Assembly: GCF_006345805.1 (NCBI RefSeq)
Contig: NC_043001.1
Coordinates: 18,290,001 to 18,354,000 of the forward strand
Length of the DNA stretch: 64,000 bases
Reading direction: 5' to 3'
DNA from: Octopus sinensis
Lineage: Eukaryota
Shown here piece after piece: positions 35,970 through 47,939 of this stretch (within the stretch, counting starts at the first letter, position 1; the number at the start of each line of letters is the position of its first letter). A program made the position numbers and the translations under genes. Under the pieces are notes generated by a model. It searched no databases. It was not told the origin of the DNA and saw only the letters and a program-made list of their open reading frames with translations.

Positions 35970-37393
35970 CTGAAATGAAACACAAGAAGATCTTTGTGGT
36001 AGATTAAGGAAAATACGGGCTTAGACATTCAGTTATTGTGATTCACTCCACTCCAGGAGTGGAGAATAATTATCAAAGACACTGATGGAAATGCAGTAGA
36101 ATCGAGAGTACTGAAGGACTAATTGATTTCATTTAACGAGCAATCCTGTTTTTAATGAGAAAAAAGATACCCTGTGGCCATAAACTGAGGGGTCACTCAT
36201 AAACAGAGCTGGATAACAAAACCGTCCCCTCTTTAGTGTCCACCCATAATTATGACCCTAGTATCGATCTATTGCATTTCAATCTGTTTTAGGGTTAGGG
36301 GTGGGGGGAAGGGTATCTTTTTTTTCTTCAGAAATGTAAATAAACCCAATCTGTTTCTTAAACGAATATATAATATGTAACAGGAACATTTTCATATGAC
36401 GCCGCCAGAAAATGTTATGGCAGAAATTGGTTTCACCTCAATAGACCTCATTGATTGGTTGAAATTGCCGAAATGCAAGAAATTAAACAACAAATATGTT
36501 ACAAACTACAGAATTTTCTCAAGAAAGCCAAGAGAAAAAGATGTTTTATAAACACATTCTACCAGTATACGAAGTTTAAAATTTTTTAGTTACATAGAAA
36601 TTATTGTAAAAATCTGCTGGTCAAAGTGAAAAGATCTGTCAGATGGAATTCATTGAGGAAGATTTTCTATGGCCATATGCCTTTCCTGTTGCCAACCCTC
36701 ACCTCTTTCCAAGCAAGGTAATATTTCCCCCATGGCCAGACATGCTTTTCATGGAAGAGTAGAAATAAACAACATTGCTTGTATGACAGTGAGGCTCGTT
36801 TACAACCATCATTTGATGTCAAGACAATGGTACACACACACACTGGGTTTCTTTTAGTTTCTTATTTCGTTCATCATTATCATCATCGTTTAATGTCCGC
36901 TTTCCATGCTAGGATGTGTTGGACGATTTGACTGAGGACTGGTGTACCAGATGGCTGCACCAGGCTCCAATCTTGATCTGGCAGAGTTTCTACAGCTGGA
37001 TGCCCTTCCTAACGCTAACCACTCCTAGAGTGTAGAGGGGGCTTTATTGCCCACAAGGGGCTAAACACAGAGAGGACAAACAAGGACAGACAAACGGATT
37101 AAGTCAATTACATCGACCCCAGTGCGTAACTGGTACTTAATTTATCGACCCTGAAAGGACGAAAGGCAAAGTCAACCTTGGTGGAATTTGAACTCAGAAC
37201 GTAACGGTAGACGAAATACAGCTACGCATTCAGCCCGGTGTGCTAATGTTTCTGCCAGCTCGCCTTTCTTTTGGTTTCTGCCTAGTCACAAGGCTTTGGT
37301 CAGCCCATGGCTATAGTGGAAGACACTTGTCCAAGACATTAGCAAAAATGACTAAAGCTCAATTTGAATAGAATTCACTAAAATCCAACTTAC

Positions 37394-38008
37394 CACACGC
37401 ATATCACTTCTAAAAATTACTTGTTCCCCATTAGGCAAGTTGTGACCAGTCATGGTAAGATCTTCCCAGGCTTGTTGCATCCCAGTTTCTTCATTTTCAG
37501 CCAAAGCAAGTACAAGCGCATCTGAATCGTGGCTGATGAAATGAGAACTTTCTATAGTCTTGCTGCTCGATGTCGCTGACTCTGGGTCAGTGCTGAAGTC
37601 ACTGGGTGTCTCGACTGTTGTCATTGATTCGAAAGACGATTGTTTGTAGCCGTTAGCATCTCGTTGTTTGCCGTGCGCAGTAGTTTCCTTATGTTTAAGG
37701 CCTTGTAGATCAAGACCTTCATCACGGACGTTTCTGTATCTCTGACAGCCTCTGCTTTTTGTGGGGTCAAATTGTTCTTTTGAGCTGGAATTTTTTCTGA
37801 ATGATTCAAGCTGATCAGAAGACACATAATCAACTTTTGTTGCGGTATGATGTACTTGATTTGGATAGTTTGATTCCGAAAGCTTCTTTGAATCAAATCT
37901 AGAATAAGAATCCTGACTGTCGACCCTGTGTCTCCTAGTTTCTCTGTAAGAGGATGCGCTCTCTTTTATTTCTGGTTTGGTTTTAGTCTTCATTTTATCC
38001 TTGTCATT
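37394..38008 (-). CDS. ALMS1: ALMS1-like, exon 8 (615 bp)
   Basis: tcttttgtag|AAT ... GTG|gtaagt, phase 0 to 0. Overlaps ORF 37352-37993. Confidence 0.85.
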
Positions 38009-40176
38009 CTACAAAAGAAATTAAAAGCAAGAAATATAAATAATTAGTAGAATTTTCAAAGCAAAACTTCAAAGCCATAGAATAGTAGAGAGAGCAGAAG
38101 CAGTAAATATCAGATATGATAATCGTCATCATCAATCATCGTCGTTCAACGTCCGCTTTCCATGCTGGCATGGATTGGACAGTTTGACTGAGGACTGGTG
38201 AGCCAGGAGGCTGCACCAGGCTCAATCTGAACTGGCAAAGTTTCTACAGCTGGATGCCCTTCCTAACGCCTACCACTCCAAGAGTGTAGGGGGTGCTTTT
38301 TACGTGCCACCAGCATGAGGGCCAGTCAGGTGGTTCTGACAACAACCATGCTCAAAAGGTGTTTTTACAAGCTACCTGCATGGGAGCCAGTCCGGCGGCA
38401 CTGGCAACAACCATGCTTGAATGTTGTCTTTCATGCGCCATCAGCACAATGTGCCAGTAAGGCGACGCTGGTAATGATCACACTCAAATGGTACTTTTCA
38501 CATCTCACTGGCATGGGAGCCAATCAGTGGCCCTGGCAACGATCAGGCTCGGATATGCTTCTAACATTCCACTGGCATGAGTGCTGTGTCATGAAGAAAA
38601 TCACTTTGCAATCATTTTGTTCCAGGTTCAATCCCACTGTACAGCACCATGGACAAGTGTCTTCTACTATTGCCTCGAATTAACCCAAGCTTTGTATTTG
38701 AAACCTGGCTGAAGGAAACTGCATAGAAGCCCTCAGATGAACTGTAATTGTTCTGGGATGGTAGACTTAATAATCTGTCACCCAGTTTAAGCCCATTTCT
38801 GGTGCTCCTGGTTTTTTTTTAGCAGAGTCCACTCTACTGTAAATATTCGAACCAGGTCTCTGGCTCTTCCCTTGCTTTCACCCGTTAGTCTTGAAAGCCA
38901 TGTATGAGTGCTTCTCTTCCATCTCTCACTAAGACAAGAAATTAGGTTAGTGGTGGTGGTGTTGGGGCAATAAAGAGGGAAGGTGGCGAGCTGGCAGAAT
39001 CGTTAGTACGCCAGGCGAAATGTTTAACGGTATTTCGTCTGCCGCTACGTTCTGAGCTCAAATTCCACTAAGGTCGACTTTGCCTTTCATCCTTTCAGGG
39101 TCAATTAAATAAGTACCAGTTACGCACTGGTGTCGATGTAATTGACTTAGTACCTTTGTCCTTGTTTGTCCCCTCTATGTTTAACCCCTTGTGGGCAAAA
39201 AAGAATTAAATAAAGAGGGAGTGCAAAGAAAGCTGAAATTCCTATATTAGCTGATGAAGGAACAAATAAAGATGACAATAGCAAAGGTGTGGTTACTTGA
39301 TAAGAACTTACTTCCCAACTACGTGATTCTGGGTTCAGTTCCACTGCGTGGCACCTTGGGCAAGTGTCTTCTACTATAACCCCGGGCCAGCCAAAGCCAT
39401 GCATGGATTTGATAGACAGAAACTGAAAGAAGCTCGTTGTATGTATGTGTATGTGCTGCTGCCCCCTCGCCTTGACACTGCATGATGGATGCAAGTGAGT
39501 GTCACCATCATGCAAACATAGTCCTTCATTTTTCTATCTTCTGTGAAAGCACATCTAAACACAGAGTAAAACTACCTCACTTCGGCGGCGAGCTGGTAGA
39601 ATCGTTAGCACACTGGGCGAAATGCTTAGCAGTATTTTGTTTGCGGTTACGTTCTGAGTTCAAATTTCGCCGAGGACGACTTTGCCTTTCATCCTTTCGG
39701 GGTCGATTAAATAAGTACCAGTTACGCACTGGGGTCAATATAATTGACTTAATCCGTTTGTCCCCTCTGTGTTTAGCCCCTTGTGGGTAGTAAAGAAATA
39801 GGAAAACTACCTCACTTCAAAAGAAGTGAGGACTGGCAACAGGAAGGGCATCTGGCTGGCGAAAAATCTTTCATGACAAAACTCCATCTGATATGTGTGC
39901 CGGTGGCACGTAAAAAGCACCCACTACACTCTCGGAGTGGTTGGCGTTAGGAAGGGCATCCAGCTGTAGAAACACTGCCAGATCAGACTGGGCCTGGTGC
40001 AGCCTTCTCGCTTCCCAGACCCCAGTTGAACCGTCCAACCCATGCTAGCATGGAAAACGGATGTTAAATGATGATGATGTGCAAGCATGAAAAAGTGGAC
40101 ATTAAAACAAAGACGATGAAGACGATGAAAATGAATGGATGAGTGAACAAATAAACATTGATGTGGTTCTGCTTAC

Positions 40177-40337
40177 CAATGTAGATCGTTCTTGAATAGT
40201 TGAAAGCAAAGGGTTGTCAGTTGTGTTAGCTTTCTTTTTACCAGGAGCACGACTATAAATACCGGGTATAGAAGGGCCATCAGGCCGAGAACCAAGGAAT
40301 TCTTTCTGAATATGTGGTCCAATAGCATCATCAGAAC
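40177..40337 (-). CDS. ALMS1: ALMS1-like, exon 7: GSDDAIGPHIQKEFLGSR...GIYSR...STL
   Basis: atttttag|GT ... TTG|gtaagc, phase 1 to 0. Resembles the GSNDAIAP..VLG..GIYS segment I recall from vertebrate ALMS1. Confidence 0.88.
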
Positions 40338-41780
40338 CTAAAAATGTACCAAAACGAAAGCTGAATCATTTATCTTAAGAGTCTTTGAGAGAGAGAGAGA
40401 GAGAGATAGAGAAAGAGAGAGAGAGAAAGAGAGAGAGAGAGAAATTGCAACCATTTTATCACACTAGCATGGTTGAGATGATTTTATTTCCAAATCTTGA
40501 TATTTGTATACTATCAGAACATACTGGTACACGTTTCTACAGCTGGATGCTCAGCCGACAGGTAGAATAGACTGGTGCCAAAATTTGAAACCATTATTAC
40601 TATTATCATAACTATTCTGTAGCCCAGCACTACCCGTCATCTCCTACTCCCCATTCCTCGCCTTCAATTCATGTTTAACCCTTTAGCATTTAAAATGTCC
40701 ATATCTGACTCAAATATTCTACCTGTTTTACATCCAAATTGGCCATATCCAGCCTCTCATGCCTACCTGACAATGTCATTCTAAAAATATACAATCATAT
40801 CACTGAAATCTCAAAGCTATGAGATAATGCACATTATCATCATCATCATTGTTTAACGTCCGCTTTCCATGATGGCATGGGTTGGACGATTTGACTGAGG
40901 TCTGGCAAACCAGACGGCCGCACCAGGCTCCAATCTTGATCTGGCAGAGTTTCTACAGCTGGATGCCCTTCCTAACACCAACCACTCCGAGAGTGTAGTG
41001 CATGCTTTTACGTGCCACCGGCATGAGGGCCATTCAGGCAATACTGGCAACAGCCACGCTCAAATGGTGTTTTTTACGTGCCACCTGCACAGAAGCCAGT
41101 CCATTGGCACTGGCAACGATCTTGCTCGAATGTTTTTGTTTTCATGTGCCAGTAAGGCGATGGTGGTAATGATCACACTTGAATGGTGCTTTTTACGTGC
41201 CACCGGCATGGAACCCGGTTAGCAGCGTGATCGTTGCCAGAGCATCTAACTGGCTTCCATGCTGGTGGCACGTAAGAGGCACCATTTGAGCATGATCGTT
41301 ATCACTGTTGCCTTACTGGCACGATTAATTAAAAAATATGTCAATAAATCTGAGACCCCCTTTTGTCACGACACAGGCCATGGGATTGCACCTAGAAAGT
41401 TACCCTCCCAGGCACAAGTCCGGGCAAGGTTGTTTATGGAAGACCAGCAGTCGCCCATGCATACCAGCCTCCTCTCTCCACGCCACCAGTGTTATCCAAT
41501 ACAGCTTGGCACCAGTGACGTCGCAACTCATTTCTACAGCTGAGTAAACTGGAGCAACATGAAATAAAGTGTCTTGCTCAAGAACACTACATGCAGCCTG
41601 GTCCGGGTTTCGAGCTCACAACCTCACGATTGTAAGCTCGACGCTCTAACCACTGAGCCATGCGCCTTCACATGTCAATAAATAGGGACTTTATTTAACA
41701 ATAAGAACAGTAAACAACAGTCATCGTTGCCGCCGCTGTTTTCTAGGATTAAGAGTAAGCTAAGGAACAGTAGATCTTAC

Positions 41781-41899
41781 CTGTGTCTCCACTTTCCATT
41801 GTCGTAGTTGTGGCAGTGGTTACAGTGCCACTATCACTCACAGAAAATGGTGGAAATCCTGAAGGTCCAGTGTAATACCAATCTTGAGACCCAGGAGGT
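41781..41899 (-). CDS. ALMS1: ALMS1-like, exon 6: PPGSQDWYYTGP...MESGDT
   Basis: tctttcag|A ... ACAG|gtaaga, phase 2 to 1. With exon 5 it gives RPYKPPGSQDWYY, resembling vertebrate ALMS1 PYKPSGS..YY as recalled. Confidence 0.88.
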
Positions 41900-43620
41900 C
41901 TGAAAGAAAGAGGAAAATTAATTTTAATTTGAAATACGTAAACGTAAAAGTAAAAGGATGCCATAAAAGTTATCAGGTTGCATAACATTCATTAATACTT
42001 ATATACACACACACACATATATATATCATAATCATCATTTAATGTCCACTTTACATGCTGGCATGGGTTGAATGGTTTGACAGGAGCTGGCCAGGCAGAA
42101 GACTGCACTAGACATCTGTGTCTGTTATGGCATGGTTTTTACAGCTGAATGCCTTTCCTAACACCAACCACTCTGCAGAGTGGATCTATACATAATATGT
42201 CATCATCATCATCGTTTAACGTCCGTTTTCCATGCTAGCATGGGTTGGACGGTTTAACCGGGGTCTGGGAAACCAGGAGGCTGCACCAGGCTCCAGTCTG
42301 ATCTAGCAGTGTTTCTACAGCTGGATGCCCTTCCTAATGCCAACCACTCTGTGAATGTAGTGGGTGCTTTTTACGTGCCACCGGCACAGGGGCCACAGGA
42401 GGCTGGCAAACGGCCACGATCGGTTGGTGGTTTTATGTGTTACCAACACGGACGTCACTGGCATCGGTATATATATATTTAACATCCCACTTCCATGCTA
42501 GCATAAGTTTGATGATTTGACAGGAGCTGGACAGCCAGGAGCCTGTACCAGACTTCTGTGTCTGTTTTGGCAGGGTTTTTACAGCTGGATGCCCTTCTTA
42601 ACACCAACACCCAGCAGAATACATACACTCACACATATCATTCACTGTCCATGTTCTGTATGCTGACATGAGTTTAATGGTTTGACAGGATCAGATGGGC
42701 CTAAGGACTGCATCCTTTTCCAATATTTGCATTGCTTTCTATGGCTGGATGCCCCTCCTAATACTCTCCACTCTACAGAATGTACTGGGTGCTTTTTATC
42801 ATGCCACAAGCAGTAGTGAAGTTGCTATGCACTTTGTAAGACTAGTGTGACTGCAGTAGAGAGGGAGGTGGCTCTATGCTATGAGATGAGGGGTTAAAAT
42901 ATGAGAGAAGGGGCCAGAACATAAAAGTTTCCTTGTAGAGGAGCTGCATGGTTACTGATATTATATGCATACATTCATATATACATCATCATCATCCTCA
43001 TTTTATATCTATTTTCCATTATGGTATGGGTTGGACAGTTTGATAAGAGCTGGTAAGGCTAGAGGCTGTACCAGACTATTATCTGTTTTGGCCTGGTTTC
43101 TAAGGATGGATGCCCTTCTTAATGGCCAACCACTTTACAGAGGGTACTGGTTGCTTTGCATGTGGCCCCAGCACTGACAGGGTCACCGAGTACCTTGCAA
43201 GACTAAAACTCTCTCACAAACACACAACAATAACAGATGCACCATCTCCTTTCTCTGTTTTACACAGCTATTTGGTTGTCCGGAAAGTTCGTGCCGATTT
43301 ATAGTAGCTTACCTTTCGACTTATTTTAGAACATGGTTGAGTCCATAAAATAGGATTTGACTACACCTCCATTTAGAGCACAGTTTAAGCTATCTTTTCG
43401 TGGAAGAAGGTTTATCTTCCTATCATCATCGTCGTTTAACGTCCGTTCTCCATGCTAGCATGGGTTGGACGGTTCGACCAGGGTTCTGGGAAGCCAGAAG
43501 GCTGCACCAGGCTCCAGTCTAATCTGGCAATGTTTCTACAGCTGGATGCCCTGTGTTAATTCTGTAACCCTTTAAAATGGAAGATTAGAAAGTTCATTTT
43601 TGGCACTTGATGCTTTGGGA

Positions 43621-43963
43621 ACCAGACAAAAATTGCTGCAGCTCAGCTGGGATGTGTTACCTCACCCTCAATATTCACCAGATATTGCTCCTTCGGATTT
43701 CCACTTATTCAGGTCTCTGTAGAATAGCCTTAATGGTAAAAATTTCAATTCCTTGGATGACGTAAAAAGATACCTTGATGAATTCTTTGCCATAAAACCC
43801 ACCTCAATTCTGGGAAGAGGGTATTTTCAAGTTAAAGGAAAGATGGAGACGCATTGTGCAACAAAATGGTTCATGTTTGGTTGATTAAAAATGTGATAGC
43901 AAGTATTTATTGACCTTTATCTTTCCTTTAAAAATCGGCATGAATTTTCCCGACAACCCAATA
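43621..43963 (+). pseudogene. Mariner transposase 3' remnant with right TIR
   Basis: WDVLPHPQYSPDIAPSDFHLFRSL* has the YSPD(L/I)APSD motif, an in-frame stop and a frameshift. It ends ...GACAACCCAATA. Confidence 0.88.
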
Positions 43964-44386
43964 CAATAGTCTGTGCACACCTTTGCCACTTATCTTTCCT
44001 ACTCTTGTCACTCATAATGCCCAGACCTCACACTTACCTTTGTGTAATTCTTTGTCCTTGCAGATGTCAATTTACATCTGCTTAGGGTGAACATAACTGA
44101 TACTGATCTCACTAGCCCGGACACAGCACTTCCTGGAAACTAAGCTACATATAAAAAAGATGCACCAGTAGTTCTGACCTCTTTTACTATTAATAACCTC
44201 CCTTTTGCTTCGTTAATTTTTAACCATGATTTGCTCATGCTCACACTTTCTCGCTCTCTCTATTTTATGTAATTCTTGTTTCTGGTGGGGAGTCACGGAC
44301 GGACGGACACGGACACACAGAGAAGCACATGCAGAGAAACATATGCATGACTTGATGCCTATAAAGCAGACTGAGTAGAAACTTAC

Positions 44387-44576
44387 TTGTAAGGCCTCAA
44401 GGTCCAAGTCTTCTGCGATAAGGTACTACTATCTGACCCAGATGGTGATGGGTTCAGCTTGCTCTGGGAACTGGTTTCTCTTGGGTCGCAGCTGCTGCTA
44501 TGATACATATCTGGTGACTCCTGATTGTTCTTCGCTTCTTCAGAATCTGTTAAGTTATCTAAAACAACAGCATCCA
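44387..44576 (-). CDS. ALMS1: ALMS1-like, exon 5
   Basis: ttcaaacag|TG ... TACAA|gtaagt, phase 1 to 2. Overlaps ORF 44383-44577. Confidence 0.83.
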
Positions 44577-45949
44577 CTGTTTGAAAGAAAAGAAAAACAA
44601 AATAAATTTACGTTTGGAAAATAATAGGGGCAAAGTGTGATGGTTACGAAGTTAAGTAATTAGATTACTAATTGCCATATTGTAATGTGCATAACGAACC
44701 CTTTTTTGTCGAAAAATTAGGTTAAAAAAATATGGGAGTTTCTTAAACGAGGATAGTATTATAATCCCTTACAAACCTTTTTCCCAAATTTTAAACCCCC
44801 AAAATTAGGGGGTTCCTTATACCTGTTAAAATACGGTATATTTTCAAGAAAAGAAATCTTACTGCTGCCTTGTACTGAGTACAGAACTCTCCTTAACTTA
44901 GTCTGCCAGACTGTAAAAGGGTCCTATATTTGTTACAAAGTAGAGCAGTTGGCAAGAGGAGGGTTACAACACAAAATCCTTTTCACCTTTTCTTTTACTT
45001 GTTTCGGTCATTAGACTGCAGCCATGCTGGAGCAACACCTTGAAGAAATTTTTAGTTGAACGAATTGACCTCAGTACTTTTTTTTTTAAGTCTTGTACCT
45101 ATTCTGTCAGTCTCTTTTGCTAAACTGCTAAGTTATGGAGATGTAAACACAAACTTGGACACACATATATATGTATGTGTGTGTGCATCATATCATCATC
45201 ATTTAAAGTCTGCCTTTCATGATGGCATGGGTGGGTTGGTCTGACAGGAACTGGCCAGGTAGAAGCCTGCACTGGACTTCTGTAACTGTTTTGGCAGGAT
45301 TTTTACAGCTAGATCCCCGTCCTAACACCAGCCACCCAGCAGAGTGGGGATTCTTCTAGTTTCCATCAATCAAATCCACTCAAAAGACTTTGGTTGGCCC
45401 GAGGCTCTAGAAAAAGATGCTTCCTCAAAGTGCTATGCAGTTGGATTGAACCCAGGACCATGTGGTTGGGAAGCAAACTTCTTACCACATAGCCATGGAT
45501 ATGATTTACTTTCCATACTTTCACCTGGCACTTATGTGTCCAAAATGGTTTTAATTTAGTTTGTTGTTAACATGATAGTCATATCATCATCATCATTTAG
45601 CGTCCGCTTTCCATGCTAGCATGGGTTGGATGGTTCAACTGGGGTCTGTGAAGCCAGAAGGCTGCATCAGGCCCAGTCTGATCTGGCAGTGTTTCTACGG
45701 CTGGATACCCTTCCTAATGCCAACCACTCCGTGAGTGTAGTGGGTGCTTTTTACGTGCCTAAAGATAAGCTGAACAGTAAGTTTTAATTTCCTCTTGTAA
45801 TTAATTTGACATCATTTATGTAATTAATGCTCAGTAGAAAGGCAAGAATATAAGACATCAGCATTTTTGTCTTTCTCCTCTTTTATAAATTTGACATCTT
45901 GTGAAAAAGCAAGAAGGGAAAATTTAAATTTAAATAGATTTTGTTGTAC

Positions 45950-46014
45950 CTGTATTGTTCTCAGGTTCATGTTTGTTGGACTGACCATTTGCATCACTTG
46001 GTGTTTTTGAGCGT
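45950..46014 (-). CDS. ALMS1: ALMS1-like, exon 4: RSKTPSDANGQSNKHEPENNT
   Basis: atttctag|A ... ACAG|gtacaa, phase 2 to 1. Bridges the phases of exons 3 and 5. Confidence 0.75.
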
Positions 46015-46524
46015 CTAGAAATAAATCAATTGAAAAAAGAAATATATATAAAAATAAAATTGGAAAGAAAACCAAAGCAAATGTGATGTAATCATTTATC
46101 TTAATGATGGGTTAAAGTTAAGCGAAACAAAAGTCTGAGAAACAAACTAAAAAATAGCTTATATTGCCTATCAATTGATTTTTATGATTTTTTCACATTA
46201 ACGTGTGTCAGACATGTCTACTTCAGCCAGGATCTTAATACATGCAACAATCCTTCATCATATCTTTTTTTTTTCTTTTTTTGAGTTCAACATCCGTAGG
46301 CGTAGGAGTGGCTGTGTGTTAAGTAGCTTGCTCACGAACCACATGGTTCCGGGTTCAGTCCCACTGCGTGGCACCTTGGGCAAGTGTCTTCTACTATAGC
46401 CACGGGCTGACCAAAGCCTTGTGAGTGGATATGGACTCACAAACTAAGCGTTGGTAGTCTAGTCTCCATGTTCTATCATTTCAACTTTATATTTTGCTAA
46501 GTGGTATAACATAAGGGCCTTAAT

Positions 46525-47015
46525 ACAGTTCTATATTTAAGAGATGAGGAATTATGTGTATTATTTACATTCAATGGATATTTGTCCTCATCTTGTTTGT
46601 GGTTAACACGTTTTGGCCGATATACCCTCCAGTCTTCTTCAGATGTCTTGGGGAAATTTCGAACCTGGGTTCTCATTCCTAAGGTATTTTTCGATGTTAT
46701 TATTATTATTATTGTTCAGGTCACTGGGGTTAGTAGCTCATGCTCTAAACCACTACGCTATATGGCCCACAAGCATATGGCATAGTGGTTAAGAGTGCGG
46801 GCTACTAACCCCAAGATTCCGAGTTCGATTCTAGGCAGTGACCTGAATAACAATAACAATAATAACAACAACATCGAAAAATACCTTAGGAATGAGATTC
46901 CAGGTTAAAATTTCCCCTAGACACCTGATGAAGGCTGGAGGGTACATCAGCCGAAACTTTGTGTTAACAACAAACAAGATGAGGACAAATATCCGTTGAA
47001 TGTAAATAATGCATA
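46525..47015. mobile_element. Head-to-head inverted element with tRNA-derived heads and hammerhead-like tails (Penelope-type structure)
   Basis: Arms ~46559-46770 (-) and ~46778-47010 (+). Flanked by the 12-bp direct repeat AAGGGCCTTAAT (46513-46524 and 47016-47027). Confidence 0.8.
46920..46965 (+). ncRNA. Minimal type-I hammerhead ribozyme-like motif
   Basis: GACAC-CUGAUGA-A-GGCUG(loop)CAGCC-GAAAC-UUU-GUGUU. Helix I is GACAC/GUGUU, helix II is GGCUG/CAGCC, and the core boxes are intact. Helix III is degenerate in this copy (ACUU, versus ACGU in the left-arm copy). Confidence 0.65.
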
Positions 47016-47192
47016 AAGGGCCTTAATTTTAAGCATTAAACAAATGACCATGCAGTCCTATTTCATATCATACTGTACTTCCCATTCTTGACAGATGCAA
47101 ACTTATTTGTGAAATCAAATGAGCAGTACACTTTATGCCAACGACAAATCTATTTGTTTAGAGATATCTTTCCAAAGAAAAACAAGATACAT

Positions 47193-47914
47193 GGATCTTT
47201 TCGGTTTGAACGGCAGTTTTTTCTAGCGGTGTCATATGAAATTGTCACCCATAATTATGACCCTAGTATCGATCTATTGCATTTCAATCTATTTTAGCGT
47301 TAGGGTTAGGGGTGGGGGGAAGGGTATCTTTTTTTCTTCTGAAATGTAAATAAACCCAATCTGTTTCTTAAACAAGGGACATATTCATACGGCACAGGAT
47401 GTTCTTTACCTCAATGGACGTCAGTGATTGGTTGAAATTGCAGAAATTGAAGAAAAAAAAATCAGCAAATATCTTACAAACTATAGAATTTTTTCAATAA
47501 AACCAAGAGAAAAAGATGTTTTATAAACACATTCTACCAGTATACGAAGTTTAAAATTTTTTAGTTACCTAGAAGATCCATCTATTGCATTGCAATCTGT
47601 TTTAGGGTTAGGGTTAGGGGTGGGGGGAAGGGTATCTTTTTTTCTTCACAAATGTAAATAAACCCAATCTGTTTCTTAAACGAGGGACATATTCATATGG
47701 CACAGAATGTTCTTTACCTCAATGGACGTCAGTGATTGGTTGAAATTGCAGAAATTGAAGAAAAAAACAAAATATCCTACAAACTATGGAATTTTCTCAA
47801 TAAAGCCAAGAGAAAAAGATATTTTATAAACACATTCTACCAGTATACAAAGTTAAAAATTTTTTAGTTACCTAGAAATTATGTTAAAAACTGCCGTTCA
47901 AACCGAAAAGATCC
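47193..47914 (+). mobile_element. hAT-type MITE with internal duplication (722 bp)
   Basis: Same TIRs as 27705-28121. The 8-bp TSD is AGATACAT/AGATACAC (7/8), and the body is repeated from ~47577. Confidence 0.88.
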
Positions 47915-47939
47915 AGATACACACACGTTTATGTCTTAC

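Noticed and set aside
46778-46835. tRNA-Ser-like sequence; also SINE heads at 7908, 12275, 41670 and 62860
   Set aside because: These have A/B boxes but no complete acceptor stem and continue into repeat bodies, so they are SINE heads and not tRNA genes.
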